Positions 1-13,800 are shown, numbered from the stretch's first letter. The stretch: DNA of 64,000 nt from Sarea resinae (GCA_026026165.1 JAPEUD010000007.1:372001-436000), one strand, 5' to 3'. Notes: generated from the letters alone by a model not told the origin. Program-made: numbers and translations.

Positions 1-1562
1 CTGATGCCGTCGGAGACCAGCACGAGGAAGGAGAACTCGGCGGGGCCGAGCTCGGTGCGGCGGATCTCCGGCTCGGCCGACACGCCGATGCGCTTCGATT
101 GCATGTCGCCAAAGGCGCGCGTGTTGGCGAGCCCCGACATGCGCTCCTCGCCAAACGAGTCCGTGACGAAGGTCGTGGCGTAGCGGCGCAGGCGCCGGCC
201 CTCGGACTGCGTGGCTGGGTGGTGGTCCGTCGTCAGCGGGCAGGCGGCGCCGGTGGCGGTTTCGCAGAGCAGGATGCGCGTGTCGCCGACGTGGGCGGTG
301 ATCAGGGACGCGTGGCTGGCGGGGTGCCAGTAGGGCGTCGGGTTCGGGGTCGAGATGAGCGCGATCGAGCAGGTGGAGCCGCCCTTGAAGCGCTTGAGGC
401 CGCCGATCTGCTTGGAGGGCTCGTCGAAGATGTCGGATGCGTTCAGAGGCCGGTCCGCCTCGACGGCGTCTTCCTCTTCGTGTTTGCGCGCCTGCGCCGA
501 GATGAAGTCGAGATCGGCACGGAGGAAGGCGTGCATGAGGACGGGTTCGATGCTGAGGCCGTCGCTGGGCCGGCTGGCGATCTCGTGCAGGTGTCTGTCG
601 CGCTGCCGTTTGGCTTCTTTGCTGTGAGGGTGCGGGTGGTCATGGCGGCCTTGAGGCAGCGAGAAGTATTCCGGCCGGAATCGCCGGAAGTAACCGCCTA
701 CGGTCTCTCGCCATTGATGCACAATCGAGCGTTCCAGGTCGAAGATTTTCTCTCGGTTGCCGCCTTGTGTCAAAGACGGTTCGCCGGGAGATGGCTGTGC
801 GTGCGTCTGGTGCGCCGCAGGCGGTACCAGACCGCCGTCTGAGGTTGTGGTTTGCTGGTCTTGCGTTGTAGCAGATAGTGGCTCCTTTGCTGGTGCTCTA
901 GACGTGTCGCTCTGCTGGCCTTGGGTAGGTTTTGCGGCAGTAACCTCGGGCGTTACAGGGGCAGATTCGATTTCACCTGCCTTATCGGCGGTATTCAAGC
1001 TCGATCGGAGCTCGAATTGCTGCGCCGACTCCTCGATATAACCATGTAGTCTCTCCATGAGGAAATCGCTGCATTCTGCGCCTCCATGCCCATCAAACAC
1101 GCCATAGTAGAAGACTTGCGGATCCCCATTCTTGCTCTCCGCTGCAGTGACCTCGCCGCTTTCTATTTTACCATTTGGTGACCGTGTGAGTGATATGGGT
1201 GCTCGCTTTGCAAACGACGGCAGGTCAATGACGCCGGCCTGAAAAGTGTCTTCATTGTATCCTCTGCTTCCCCTCGAGACCGCGACGCCAAAATGATGCT
1301 TTGCGCTACGGATGGGTATTCGGACGGTGGTCGTATCTCTCGCACGGCCGATCAGATGAGAAGCAGGCGAAGATGACCCATTTGGTGCTGGCGTCTCGGA
1401 GGATGGAGCGGTCCGGGGCAGATTCGAGGAGCGAGAATCCGGGTGGAGAGAAGACGAAGGCAGATTCGTCACGAAATAGTTGTGGAAGCACCTTTTCTGA
1501 TAAGCGTCGAGGCAGACGTGTTTCTTGATGCGGGGTCGAGACGACGTCTGCATCATCGCCAT
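1..1562 (-). CDS. PTC6: PP2C-family protein phosphatase (Ptc6-like, probably mitochondrial); 3' end runs off the window
   Basis: Manual minus-strand translation gives RGYNEDTFQAGVIDLP and QVFYYGVFDGHGGAECSDFL (PP2C motifs), and near the edge HVGDTRILLC, LTTDHHP and EFSFLVLVSDGI. Absent from the ORF track because no stop lies in the window. First in-frame ATG at 1562; an upstream exon is possible. Confidence 0.85.
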   Translation of the reverse strand, partial: MAMMQTSSRPRIKKHVCLDAYQKRCFHNYFVTNLPSSSLHPDSRSSNLPRTAPSSETPAPNGSSSPASHLIGRARDTTTVRIPIRSAKHHFGVAVSRGSRGYNEDTFQAGVIDLPSFAKRAPISLTRSPNGKIESGEVTAAESKNGDPQVFYYGVFDGHGGAECSDFLMERLHGYIEESAQQFELRSSLNTADKAGEIESAPVTPEVTAAKPTQGQQSDTSRAPAKEPLSATTQDQQTTTSDGGLVPPAAHQTHAQPSPGEPSLTQGGNREKIFDLERSIVHQWRETVGGYFRRFRPEYFSLPQGRHDHPHPHSKEAKRQRDRHLHEIASRPSDGLSIEPVLMHAFLRADLDFISAQARKHEEEDAVEADRPLNASDIFDEPSKQIGGLKRFKGGSTCSIALISTPNPTPYWHPASHASLITAHVGDTRILLCETATGAACPLTTDHHPATQSEGRRLRRYATTFVTDSFGEERMSGLANTRAFGDMQSKRIGVSAEPEIRRTELGPAEFSFLVLVSDGI

Positions 1563-2633
1563 GCCATCATCTCGCGGGGCCACTTCAGCCCGGCTGAGGG
1601 CGTCGCACGAACTGTATCGGACATGGCTCGCCCAACTTCCACCGTCCCTCGAGACGTAGGTGGCGATGAAGCCTGAGGACGTCGCAGTGTGTCAGTAGAC
1701 TGATCATGCCATGGAGATGGAGCTGGCAGATTTACCGTAAGTATCTCTCAGCGTCCAAACGTGCTGGCGTTGGCGGTGCAGCAGAGCGCGGGAGCCAGCT
1801 CTACACATGACGAGCTAGAGGCACGAGGCGCCAACAGAGGACACGATCATTGATGTCGAGGATGCCAATCGTCAGCACATTATCGCTGCCAGCATTTGAG
1901 GAGGACGAGTATGGAGTCTGGAGTCTGGCGTCTGGTGTCTTGAAGGTGCTGGGAGGTTTGCAGTCGCCCTCTTCATCGTCCGTCGTCCTCGTCTCGTAGT
2001 CGTTCTCCACAGATGGGGTGAACAGCTGCACTCCAGTGACAGTGACATGGTGGGCGCACGCATACACGGAACGTCCAATCTCCGTGTCACTCGGACTATG
2101 TAGCGCTTCTCCACTACTCCACGCTATGCCACATGGTAGCATGGAGGACCCCGCTGGAGCACGCCGCTGTCACCTGCACCGAAAACACTGGGGATCACCT
2201 CCGGAGAACACCTTCTTTTGTCATGATAACCTGATTCCGACCACTTCACCCCGTGGCCCGAGTCGTCTGCTCTGGACCGGATTCCTGACTCACGATGCAT
2301 CATGGCGGGCTACGGAGTACTTCATCATCCAGAGTAGAATGGCCGGGCCGTGTCTATCGCGTCTTCTCTTCTACGTCTCTGTTTGCAGTGCATTGGGGCA
2401 CAACGTCCTGACATCATTGTTTGCATTTCCTATCTTGACCCTGCAAAGGGCCCTCGGGTGTACGAGTACTACGATCATCAAACACCATTGTGACAGATCT
2501 AGCTGAGTTCAACGTGAGAGAGGAGCGGTAGAGAAGGAGCTTCCTCCAAGTACATGCCTAGATCTTTCACAAAGGAATCCAACAGCCCTCGATCCACATT
2601 CCCAATCCGCATCAAGAAACCCTGGAGGTTGAT

Positions 2634-4602
2634 CTAATCCATCACCAAGACTTGAGCCTTCGCGTATGTCTTGGGAACGACCGACATGCCCGACCAACCA
2701 CGCTTGACGACAGTCGGCGTAATCGACAGCTTCACGCTCGCCTTCCTCGACTCTAGTACAGCGGGGTCCTCGAAGACAATCGGTCCGCGGCTCTCATGGA
2801 TGTTGCGATTGAAAGACGTCCGAGCGCCAGCTTCGGGGAAGTCGAATTTCCACTCCGCCGGCACCGAGAACATGGCTGCACTCAGACGGTAGGCCTGCTC
2901 GAAAAGTCTCTGGCACTCCGAAGCAGCCCCGGCGCTCTGCTGGTGGAGTAAAGGACGGACTTTGTCGAAGATGTGGACAGTCGTCGTTGCCGCTCTGCTC
3001 ATGAGAAAGTCATCCCAGTTGCTCATAGTAGAAACACTGGAGATGATGTCTGCGATCTGCATATCAAGGGCCCTACGAGTACGGAACTCCGTGTCTGCAG
3101 AAGGATTAGCAAGAAGCATGAGGCGCATTGAAAGTGAGTACTTACAAGACTGCCTCGAATCGAGAGCGGTCTGGATCTTGCGATCATAGTTCTCGTCATA
3201 GCCTTTCAGGGCGACCTCCTTGAAGCAATACTTGACGATCGAGACATTGATAACTCTAGCAGCGATGAGGAACCGAATTTCCGGATCGATCAAGAAGTAC
3301 TGGTAGTCTTCAGACGAAGCTTTCAGTACCTCTGTCAGCCCATAGGGATAGTCAGGATTGCTAGTATGATCAACACAGCCTGCCCACTTGGCCGCCCATG
3401 CCTCAGTCTCACCAAATAGTTGGAGAAACTCTTTGGTCCAATCCGGTTCTTGTCGTCGCGGAGAGTTCAACATTCGCTCGCTATGGAGAGCATGAGCCAC
3501 ATTCTGGGCACTATTAGCCGTGAAGGCGGCCGTGTTGTGAGTAGTGATAGTAGCTCCAAAAGTAACTTGACCAGGAGTCTCAGGCACCGAGACAGGCATC
3601 TCAACGTGATGTGGCTGCATGTAGTTATGGCCTGAGTGGTGACCTGACTGCATGTACTGAGACTCGTTCTGTGCATAAGAAGACCCATCATAGGGGATAA
3701 GAGCTCCAAAATAGGGCTGCGACGGATTCGAGTCGTTCTGATAGCAATGCCCAGCACGAGACGGAGGGGGGACCATGGCATTAGGAGCCACCACAGTCCA
3801 ATTAGGGCGACATTGCGCGTCAGGTGGCGGAACCCGCGGCTTTGCTTGCTCAAGCCACGGACCAAACACTGGCGGTGGATGTTCATAGATTTTCTCAAAG
3901 CTGCGATTGCGATGGCCAGTGGTCGGTGTCTTCTGGATGGTTTCAGACTGGACCTTGATTGTCCTACGCGCCTTCTCAAGATCCGTTTCCTTCTCCTTGA
4001 GGGCTTTTTCCTTCTCCTTCAGGGCGTTCCTAACGTCTTCCAGTTCTTTCGCGGATCCTTTGACTGTTTCTAACTCCTTATATGCTTCTTTGAGCATTTG
4101 AAGCTCACGCGACTTCTGCGTAGCGAGCGCATTGGCATCTTCGAGCTCGACTTCTTTCCATTCCAGCTCCTGGTCTTTGATGTGCAACGCATGTTCATTG
4201 TACTTCAGAACCTCTTCAGCCTCATCAAGCCTATGCTGGAGCATATTGACTTCGATGACGGTGTAATCGAGCCCCATCTGGGCCTCGTCATGCATGGCAC
4301 CTGCTTGGTCACGCTGATACTTGTAGCGTCCAAAGTGGCTTCTGAATCGAGGGCCGTTGCCAATTCCCAAGTTTCCCAAAACACTCGGCTGCTGCGATGA
4401 GGATGGAATGAGCTCTGGCAACGGCAACGGAGAAGTGACTCAACGTCTGAAAAGCACTTACATTACCGAAGCCTTGTTGCGGAACGCAGTACTCATTCGG
4501 AAGAACCAAACGTGGCGTCTCACGAGACCCATGAGACCCCTGAGAGCCGAAAGACATTGTAGACTCGGGCCCGGGTCCGCGATGGGAGAGAAAATAGGAC
4601 AT
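2634..4602 (-). CDS. Fungal hypothetical protein with an N-terminal coiled coil
   Basis: 597-aa ORF with an E/K-rich heptad segment and a globular-looking C-terminus. Probable first exon 4602-4462 (MSYFLSHRG...) followed by a GTAAGT donor. In-frame 51-nt intron at 3095-3145. Confidence 0.7.
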
Positions 4603-6931
4603 TCTGGTAGCATTAGTCTCACGATCAATAGACAATAAATCATTCGTCAGAACCAACCTCAATAGTGGTACGTGCTCTTAGTCCAATATCAAGGACAAGA
4701 TTATCTGCAAACTCGAGTTGACCAAGGTTCAAGACAGTTATCGTCGTGGAAATCTATGTATGAATCAAGTCCAGTCAGTATGAGGAATCTGTCTGCTTCA
4801 AAGAGCCAGCAAAGCAGTCTGCAGGAGTAGACTCGAGAGACTGTAGGCTAGTCCGGAAGCCCTAGGGAACATAGTCATCGCAGCATGGTGGTCATGACAT
4901 ATTGACTTGGAAGCTCTTTGAGCGTTGACCTGACTGACCTTGATCTAGCGTTATCCAGAGCCTCGGCGAAAGCCAAGAAGCTGACGGAACTAGCTGCAGC
5001 GCGGCTCGATCGAAGAGTCTCGATCAGTGATGCTCTTGAATGATTTCTCACTTGCTCGGGAAAGGGGTGATGAACGATGCGAAGATGTTTTTTCGATGAC
5101 AGTGGATCGGAGGATGTCGAGACGTTTTGAACGTAGGTAGACAACAGCAGGAACCGGTCGATTTAAATAGTGGCACGGTGTAGCGAGAAAAAAATGAGTG
5201 ACGGCTCGGTGAAGAATTGTTGAAGCAAGTGAATTGGAGTCGCTTGGTCTTTTAAGGGGATGCGCTTCACGGTATGTGTTAACACAACCACAGACGAGAT
5301 ATAGGGGTAAATGGTAGTGGCTTCAGAGCCGTGGATGTTCTCTCTTTTCCTAGACAGCTTGTCCCAGTAAACAAGGGAAGCCGAACAAGTCGGTGCCTGT
5401 TATATAGCAGCCATAGTCCAAAGCAGAATCTCTGAAAGCCCATGCTTCAACCAATCTTTGCCATTCTTCACCCGTCTGTCAGGCTTCGAGCCGGCATTTC
5501 CTTGAGCACCGCACTGAGATATGTCCTTCACTACCCTATCTCCAGAACAACATTTTTGATCTCTATGGTTGTGATCCTGGTGTAGCTCCGGATCCAATAT
5601 CTCGACGATATCCTCATCCCTTTAGAGCACAAGACGACCCTATTTGTCCCTCAGGCCGTTTAGGACCTTCAAGACTTTTCTCGAGTCTCGTTCAAACACC
5701 TTTCGACACCGTACGGTGTGTAATGGACCAACGAATGCATGCCTCATCCCGAAAAGCTAGATCCCTTTTCATGGGACTCCTTCCGTTAATGTGAAGAACA
5801 CCTCTTAGCCAATATAGACATAAACGAACACGTTTAACTCGCACTGTATTCTTTTGGAATTGCCAGAATAGTCCTGGTATCCCTTAGCCAAGGTATGCCA
5901 TGTCAGATAGCTGCGATATCAATGACAAGAAAGGCCAATTGAAACCCTTTCCTTCAGACTCTTCAGAAGCAGCGTGCGGTCGATCGAAGCCTGTTATAGA
6001 CTTCTTTCTATGGGCATGTTGAGAACACATGAAGATCGATCAACAAAGCACAATCGCCTCCGTAGCGGTGGTTCTCGACTTGATGCCTTTCCTGAACTGG
6101 TTATGAAAGTTTATCCCATCGATCCAGGTCGAAGAACACGGGCTATCTAGGAGAAACGCTCCTTGATCAACGAGTTGGGAGGTCTTGAATCGAAGTGTAT
6201 GAACAACTTTCTTGAGCGTGTGATCGGTAAATCGAAATATACTTTGCCTTTGAAAATGTTCTTGACACCATGTGGGAAGCGACTATATTGTACGAGAACG
6301 AAACTATGCGGTTCTCAGGTGTACATGGCTCATCTGGTATCAAATTCTTGATCCTCTTGTAGCAAGGTGCACTTCACGATCACAAGTCTGAGGTGCAAGC
6401 AGGGCGTTCATATAAGTGTATTGCAACTAGAAACAAGTAGAAAGCACGACAACTCCCGAGGCAGCATCGTTTACAGAGATGTGGGCAGAAACGCTGGGGC
6501 AATGGTGCTCATTTTGCAAAGACGATCGGCGGTACCAAGTATTGGCCGGACGTGACCAGTTTACGGAGAGTCTCCTAGAGTTTTAGCAAGGGAAAGAGGT
6601 GCTTGGTCGATATGGAAATGATAGCCTTGTCTTGTCGTCCCTGGAGGTTTTCAGCAGTCCGACTTGCCACTGGGACGGTTCCTAATATGGTGAGATGAAA
6701 ACGGGAGCATCAAGAATGGCTACAATGCAATGATCAGGGTTGAAGTTGAATGCGGCGTAGTGAAAGCGAGTATTAGGGAAGGTAGCGTAGCATTCTGGCA
6801 GCCGAACGGAAAACGCCATGCTCAGCTGACGGAGTAAGATCTATGTTCATGTCAGATTGAAACATGAAGCAACAAAAGGCTACATGGAATAATACCCGAT
6901 GAAAATTGTATCCTTCGTCAAGATCGGCGAT

Positions 6932-8911
6932 TTAGATGGCTTTGGTGCGCGAGAACAAACTGCTGTAGACGGCGTCAACGACGGGCGTAGCGCTGATTTG
7001 TCTACCTCCAAAGAATCTGCCATTAAGACCCTTGATGGCGTTCTCTCCTCCTTGGACACTAGTAAATTTGAGATAGATATCTCCTTGGGTGTTTGGATCC
7101 AGTGCGATGTGAACGACGTGACCGTACTTCTCTTCGCATTCTGCGCGCACGTCATCTTCAAGTTCTTTGATCCAGGCATCACCTTCTTCTCTGTAATGAT
7201 ATTAGCAATCATACCTCTCAATGTATCCAGACAACTTACTCTGCGGGGTCGAACATATTCCTCAACACGACACACCTGCTGGCCATGCTGACATTGACAG
7301 GAAGGGGTTTTGTCTCGGTCCTAGGTTTGATTATTTTGCGCCTCTCGTCAGCACCGTTGGTTTCGGGAGCAGGCTCGTCTGTTCTTGCAAGCTTCCTCAT
7401 TAACGCATCTCTGCTGTAGTTGTTAAAATTCACACCAGCTACATCAGTGTCATCCAATGCGCTTGCTCCACCAGCACCTTTGTCGTTATCTCGGCCTCCG
7501 GCACGATCGAATGCGCCACCGCCGCCTCCGGCCTGAGCACCACGTCCTCCATGTCCCGAAAAGGCGGAGCCCTGGAAGTTCTGTTGGTTATGCTCTCGAC
7601 CTTGAAATCGTTGCAAGAGATTGGCGGTCGATTCAGGAGTGAACTTATCGTTGCCGAGGCCCACACGAATAGGACGACCAGCAAGGTCAAACCCATTCAT
7701 CTTTTCTAAAGCTTCACGAGCCTGATTGGGATCGCGGAACCTAGACTCAAATCAGTACTGAATCACGCAACCTTAGGAACCTTCCACTTACTGCACGAAA
7801 CCATAACCCCTACTGCGCCCTTGCTCTTCCTTCTGCAACTGCACAAATTCAAGCTCGCCGAACGGCTCAAACACATTCTGTAGATCGCTCTCAGTGATAC
7901 TGAAGTGGATATTTCCAACGTACAACCTATGGAAAGGAACCTGATTGGGGTTATTATGAGTAGTACCGTCTGTCGTTCGCGCTTGTCGATTTTTTTCCGC
8001 TTCGGTAAGTTGGGCAATGATGGGGATGCCTAGAAGCTTTTGGCCCGTAAGTTGGATAGCAAGTGGTACAGACTCTTCTTTCTTGAACTCGACATAGCCA
8101 ACACTATGATCGTTAGCATTCGCAAGATGAGAAGCAAGGGCTAGAGACCTCACCCTTTGGATCTGCCGCTGACCCTATCCTTTACAATTTGTGCCTCCTT
8201 AACAGGCCCCACTTTTTCAAAGAAGGCAATGAGCTCCTTCGTTCTTAATCGAGCTGCAAGTTGCTGAACGAAGACTGTTCGACGATCGCGCTCATCCTCT
8301 GTCGGCTGTGGGGATGCTGATCTGCTTTTGCCCCTCTTGGCAGACGGGCTTCGCCTTCGGCGCTCGTTCCGGCCTCGGCCGCTTCGACGGTCATCTCTAG
8401 CTCGATCGCCATCTCTGTCGTCACGATCGCGACGGCCTCCTCTTCCTGATGGTCGGTAGTATCTGTTTTCATCGGGAGACCTGGAACGGGTGCGAGGGCG
8501 GCCGGGGCCGCGATAGTAATCCCCACCCGATGACCTAAAAGCATCGTCTGGCTCAACAGAATCGCGGTGGTGGTCACGGCGAGAGTGGCGTCTGTCACTG
8601 TCTCGACTCCGGCTTCTCCTCTTACTTCTGTGGCTGCCATTAGCGCTGCCGCGATCACTTCTGGGGCTCTTCATCTCCAGGTCGCCATCTTCCTCTTTGG
8701 AAAGTCTAAGCTTATCGCGGCTGCGATCCCGTCGCTTTCGATCTCTGTCCCGGTCACGACTGCCATCACGATGGCGATCACGGTCCCGTCGATCATGTCT
8801 CTCGCTTTTATGGCGATCGTCACGATCGTTCAAGCGCGGTGACTGGCCTTGTTCGGGCGCAGCAGCATTTGCAGTAGAGTCGAGAAGTGCTTCGACGTCG
8901 AGACCTGACAT
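6932..8911 (-). CDS. pad-1: RNA splicing factor Pad-1 / RBM39 (CAPER/Rsd1) family: RS domain, two RRMs, UHM
   Basis: RS/RD-rich N-terminus; RRM1 ([12 protein letters not shown]...RSKGVGYVEF); RRM2 (RLYVGNIHF...RGYGFVQ); linker [27 protein letters not shown] ([10 protein letters not shown]...GRFFGGRQI). Three GT-AG introns. Confidence 0.93.
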
Positions 8912-9563
8912 ATTTGCAACCTGTTGGATACTGTGCTGCTGCGGCAAAAAGTGCGGATCTGGGAGGACGATTTCACTTTTCGGTCGATTAGAAGGGTTAA
9001 TCTAGATGAGGCGACCGATGCGAACCCTTTGAATTTGTTATCAGTACCCTTGATAGCAGAAGATTGCTAATGGGCTACGAGGAGCGACAGTTCAGCTGAG
9101 GTTGATTTCGATCTTCAGGTTAAATTCTGGTGAGGAGTAGAGGATGCGTGAAATGTGGTGAGTGGCTATCGGTGAGTGGATCGCAAGTGGATGGTCAGCA
9201 AGATCCAAGGTCAAATTTGGAGGTAGCCTAAGTATTATGCTGACTAAGCCTTGCGCGAGCAAGGCCCAACCACTAACCACCAGGAGGCATTCATACCGTA
9301 ATCATGAGCAGACCGAAGCGAACATTCACGACAGCTAATCGGCACCATCCAGATTCAATTTCAAAAAAGAGTGACTTGGATTATTATGTATGAGTCGTGA
9401 AGGGACAACTCGTAGTGTACAGGTAAAGAATGTCTGGCATATTTTCCCTGGAGCATTTTCGCCATGAGTCCCCAAAGCTTTGACGAATTCCTTGAACGCC
9501 GGCTTTGCATCACACGGCCGGCCATATGTTCCATAAAAGCGACCCTTAGCACCATCCCTATGC

Positions 9564-10855
9564 TTACGCTGCCTTCGCTGCTTTTGCGTCAATGATCTCG
9601 GTATCGAAGACCCAGTCCCAGAATTTACTGGTAACGCCAAAGCCGTGCTGGTAGTCCATAAAGTGATGCTCCAAATGATACTTCTTGAGCTCATGATAGA
9701 ATTTCGGGAGTCTAGTCGATTGTTCAGTAGATCTTCCAACCCAGGTGAGAAAAGAGAACTTACTGCGCGAAATGAAGGAAGTAGTGGGTCAAATCGTAGC
9801 AGATATAGCCAAAGATGCCACCGCAGAACACTGCAGTCGCAACATACCAGTTGTAAAAGAAGATAATATGCGCTAGCTTCCAGAAGGGAGTTGCCAGCAC
9901 AGTAAACAGAGTAGGAGGCATTACCAGACGATACTTGTCCATGGGGAGATAGTGGTGAACCCCATGGAGTAAGAAGTGCAAGGTGATGCCAAACCGATTG
10001 TTTGGAAGATAGCTGCTTCAATTAGTACCATGTTGTCACCTAGGAAGCAATGAACACTTACTAGTCCAGATGGAACAAGAACCTGTGGAGTATGTACTCG
10101 ATTAAAGTCCATAGCAAAAGCCCAGATGTCCAATATGCGGCAAATTGGGGGAAGCTAGACAGTCCCATGAAGGCGGTGAAAGAACCGTACAGCACCGGAG
10201 GCAACCAGACTGTCGGCACAACCCACCACGCAGTCAAGCTGATCGGTTCAAGGAAGTTCCCAAAGAGCGGCGCAGATGCTCCTCCCTTGTAATATCTGGG
10301 ACGATGGACTTGTTCCAAGTAGAAATCCTTTTCGAAGCCTCCAAAGAACACTTGCGGCAAGAGCGGACGGTTGAGATCGAGGAACTTGTGGACCTTATAA
10401 TCAGTCGTAATGTCGGTTTCCTTCTCGAGGTCCTCCACCGTTGACATGCCAGTGCTGGGATACAAGGGCTCGGCTCTCATAGCAACACCGTCGGCCGCTC
10501 CGTTTGACAGAAGCTCCTGTTTTCCTTCCTTCGATGGTGGCAGGGGGACAACGTTCGGCGGGTGGTCGCTCTTGGCGGCAGTCTCAATAACACCCTCGGT
10601 TGGCATGAAACCGACCAGACTGTCGTCGAGGATCTCATATGCCGCCTCGGAATGGACATGGGACGGTTCATCTTGCATAATCTCGGACACGTCTTTGCCT
10701 CCATATTGCAGAATCAGATCTCCACCGCCCGGATGATCATCAACAAACGAAGTGACATCAAACACCTTGGTTCCAATGGTAACATAGCATGAGTTTTTGT
10801 CATTATGGGACTCGACGTCCGTCTTAAGGATCGTGGGTAGAGTTTGGGCGGGCAT
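9564..10855 (-). CDS. SCS7: Sphingolipid fatty-acid alpha-hydroxylase (cytochrome b5 plus fatty acid hydroxylase domain)
   Basis: Cytochrome b5 HPGG motif; His boxes HRFLFH, HGVHH, HYFLH, HLEHH; last exon ends GFGVTSKFWDWVFDTE...AA*. Two GT-AG introns. Confidence 0.95.
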
Positions 10856-13800
10856 GGCGAGACGACGAGAGTGGTGCTCCGGGGTCGAAAGGAAAACTCA
10901 AGGGGAATGCTCGAAGAGACAAACTCGACAGGAAAGCTCAGCAGCGGGACGGCCGTGGAATTATTAAAAAGAACGCGACGGAACGGCTCTCCTCGATGAT
11001 CTGGCCGAGATTGCAGTAAAGAGAGGCAGCAAACTGGTCGTATGAGTGTCAGGAGAGCGTGAGAGAGAGGTACGCTGTACAGTGCGGTACAGCGAGTAGA
11101 GTACACAAATTCCTTTTTGTCGCTCGCCCCGTAGTAAGGAGAAGTGGCAAAAAAGTCCAGAACGGCCACTACGGAGTCGGGCGTCCGAGGCTCGCTATTG
11201 GTGGAGCGATGCGGTAGCCAGTTCGCTGGCTGGTACCGGTACTTGGAGCACGCCGCGGGCTGTGCTGGGCCGGAGTCACGGTACTGCCGGAACCCAAGGC
11301 GATGATAACGAGCCCTGGAGATTAAAGTTCCTGATCAGACGCTACTAACATGTCCTTTTGGTCTGGCTTTTGAGCCCAGGGCAGATGGGTACTCGACGGA
11401 GTACTCGAGGAAGGAGAATTAGGCTGATTGGGCTCGAGGTAGTCTGCCGTGCTCGAACCGTGCGGTGCAATTGCACGTATTCTTCATCTGCCACGGTGAA
11501 GGCATGCCGGATTCCGGAAGACTTGAGCAGCCGTTTCCAGAGTCGATCAAAGCTCCGTAGGTGGTACTATGCAGTACTCGAAGTAGTAAGAGAGATCCAT
11601 GATATCCGTGATCCATCCATCTGAGCTTACTCCGTAGAAGCAGATACCTTCTCGCAGTGGTCCGAGGGTCCTCTCCTGCCCTGCCCTGCTCTGCTCAAGT
11701 CCCAGATATCTTACCCATGGATACCTTGCCTTCCTTACCTGATGAAGAATCGGCCTGCCCCCGAAACTCTCCACTTTTACCTAAGCTTCCAGGTCGAGGT
11801 TCCTTTGAGAAAACAATCAGAAACATGTCGAGGGAGGAGCTCTCCATACCCGTAGAGTAAGGACTCGTCGCTCTTGATACTTCGGTCTGACCCCTTTGCT
11901 TCAGCCCGGGACATCAACAGTGACGGTAATGGGATGCCAGTCAGGGCCATGTTGAAACTTTGCCACGTATGTTTCTAATCAATACTGCCTACTGAGTAGG
12001 CATCAAATGGACGAGTCTGTTATATACACTTCGACGTCCAATTCGTAGCAATTGAACGCGTACGCAGTAAACATCCTCCTCAGCCTAACGCGTAATCATG
12101 CTGCTGCCGCAGATGAAATCCTCGATTGATTATTGGCAAGGATTACGATCATGGTACGGAATACGGAGTACTACAGTACTAATGTTGATACGAGTAGATC
12201 CGATTGCGCGACCAAGCCCAGGATGGCCACGATCAAGGTACGCCATACTGCTTAGAGAGGCTGGGAAAGGTTCATGGTAGGTACTGAGCACTTGATATAC
12301 GTGTACTTTGCCGCCCATAAACTAGTATTGACTACCTTATATCGACCTGAGTCATTGCGTGCCGTTCCTGCTTCGACCCCTCTGGCCTTTTCCTGATGTA
12401 GGCATTGCCCCTACCTAGGTATACTTCTTAGAAATCCTCCAGTCCGTGACGACGTAGGGCTTCAACGTTACCGCATGCAGGTGGAGCTTACGAAACAAAT
12501 GACGAAGCATTCAATGAGCAATGGCATCAATCATAGTCTTGGATCGGCTTATGCTGTCCAAAGGAAATTGTCATCCCGCTCGCCACGAAGTCGAAAGGGC
12601 AGTGGGATTATTGCAGTAGATTGCACCGGTAAAGGTCTAATGCACTCAGCAATCTGCCATGGATCTAGCCTCGATCAACTCTCAGATGCTTCCCGAGCAG
12701 TGGCCAAGGTATGCGGGCAAGGAGTGGGGAACATTATGGTATCGGTTGTAATATGTCTCAAGACTGATCTTCGCAGAGTAGCTCTTCCACTGCCTCGTCA
12801 ATCGGATTCTGGGGCAATGAGGTGAAGTCTTTATCTATAGTGCTGGCAGTATAGAGCATCCTCTCCATGCAGGGCCGTGGAGAGGAGTGTCCGCTCCTTT
12901 GACTCTTTTTTGTTTACCGTATAACATCCATTCCTTAATGTTCTTTTGCTCTTTTTTTTGTGTGCTTTCGCCTCTGCACTTTGAATCGGTCTTAGCAGTT
13001 GTGCTCGGGCAGACAGAATCGTTGAATATCCACCTGTCCTTTCCTTCTGTCTCTTCAAGGCCTGATTGAGCTCTGTTCCTAGTGGTCCTGTCAATATTAC
13101 TCAGTGTCTATCCTTCTGGCATCTGGAGCTCAACGGTCAGCAACACTCGATCCACCATATCTTAACCTCTTCTCACAAGGGGTCTGAAGGGACATATATG
13201 CGTTCTGGTGGCGCTGTTTCTTGAATTAGGTTTCATTGTCCTCCGCCATAAGTGGACTGGCATTCGATATCTGTTTCAGAAAGCGCTTAGGAACCTTCAA
13301 TGTTCGTCCATTGGTTGCGCTCGACCTTCGGCGGTGAACGGTCTTGCTGTTGCTCTCAGAGTATCTTGCGATGGGTGATGCTCGAGTCTGCGTGGCAATC
13401 CAATTGGATGGCCCTGGAACTCGCCCTGGGGAGAATGAGGCTAATCTCTCCAAGCCTTTCATTCTTTTGGGGTCCAACTGGCAGATGTTAGCGCCGTGAA
13501 CACTGTTGTTTTCAAAAAGAAATTGCCATGTCTGACAAGAAGTCCCCCACCATACAGCACCAATTGATCTTAATCAAAGACGAGAAGGGAAATTGAGAAG
13601 TATCGCTGATGTGTAAGGACGATTTAGCAGTGCTTTCAGTATTGAAGGATCATAACATAGGGGTATATGGAGCCTCAGAAGGGTGCATTTTGGTCAAAGC
13701 GGCTTGAAATATTGATTTGCTATGTCTGCATGCTCCTGTTCAGAAGTGCGTTCCCTGCAATATTCCACATACGCAGCGTGCTCTGGACTCGTGAAGCGTT

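Noticed and set aside
99..842. 247-aa plus-strand ORF
   Set aside because: Antisense to the GC-rich part of the PP2C gene.
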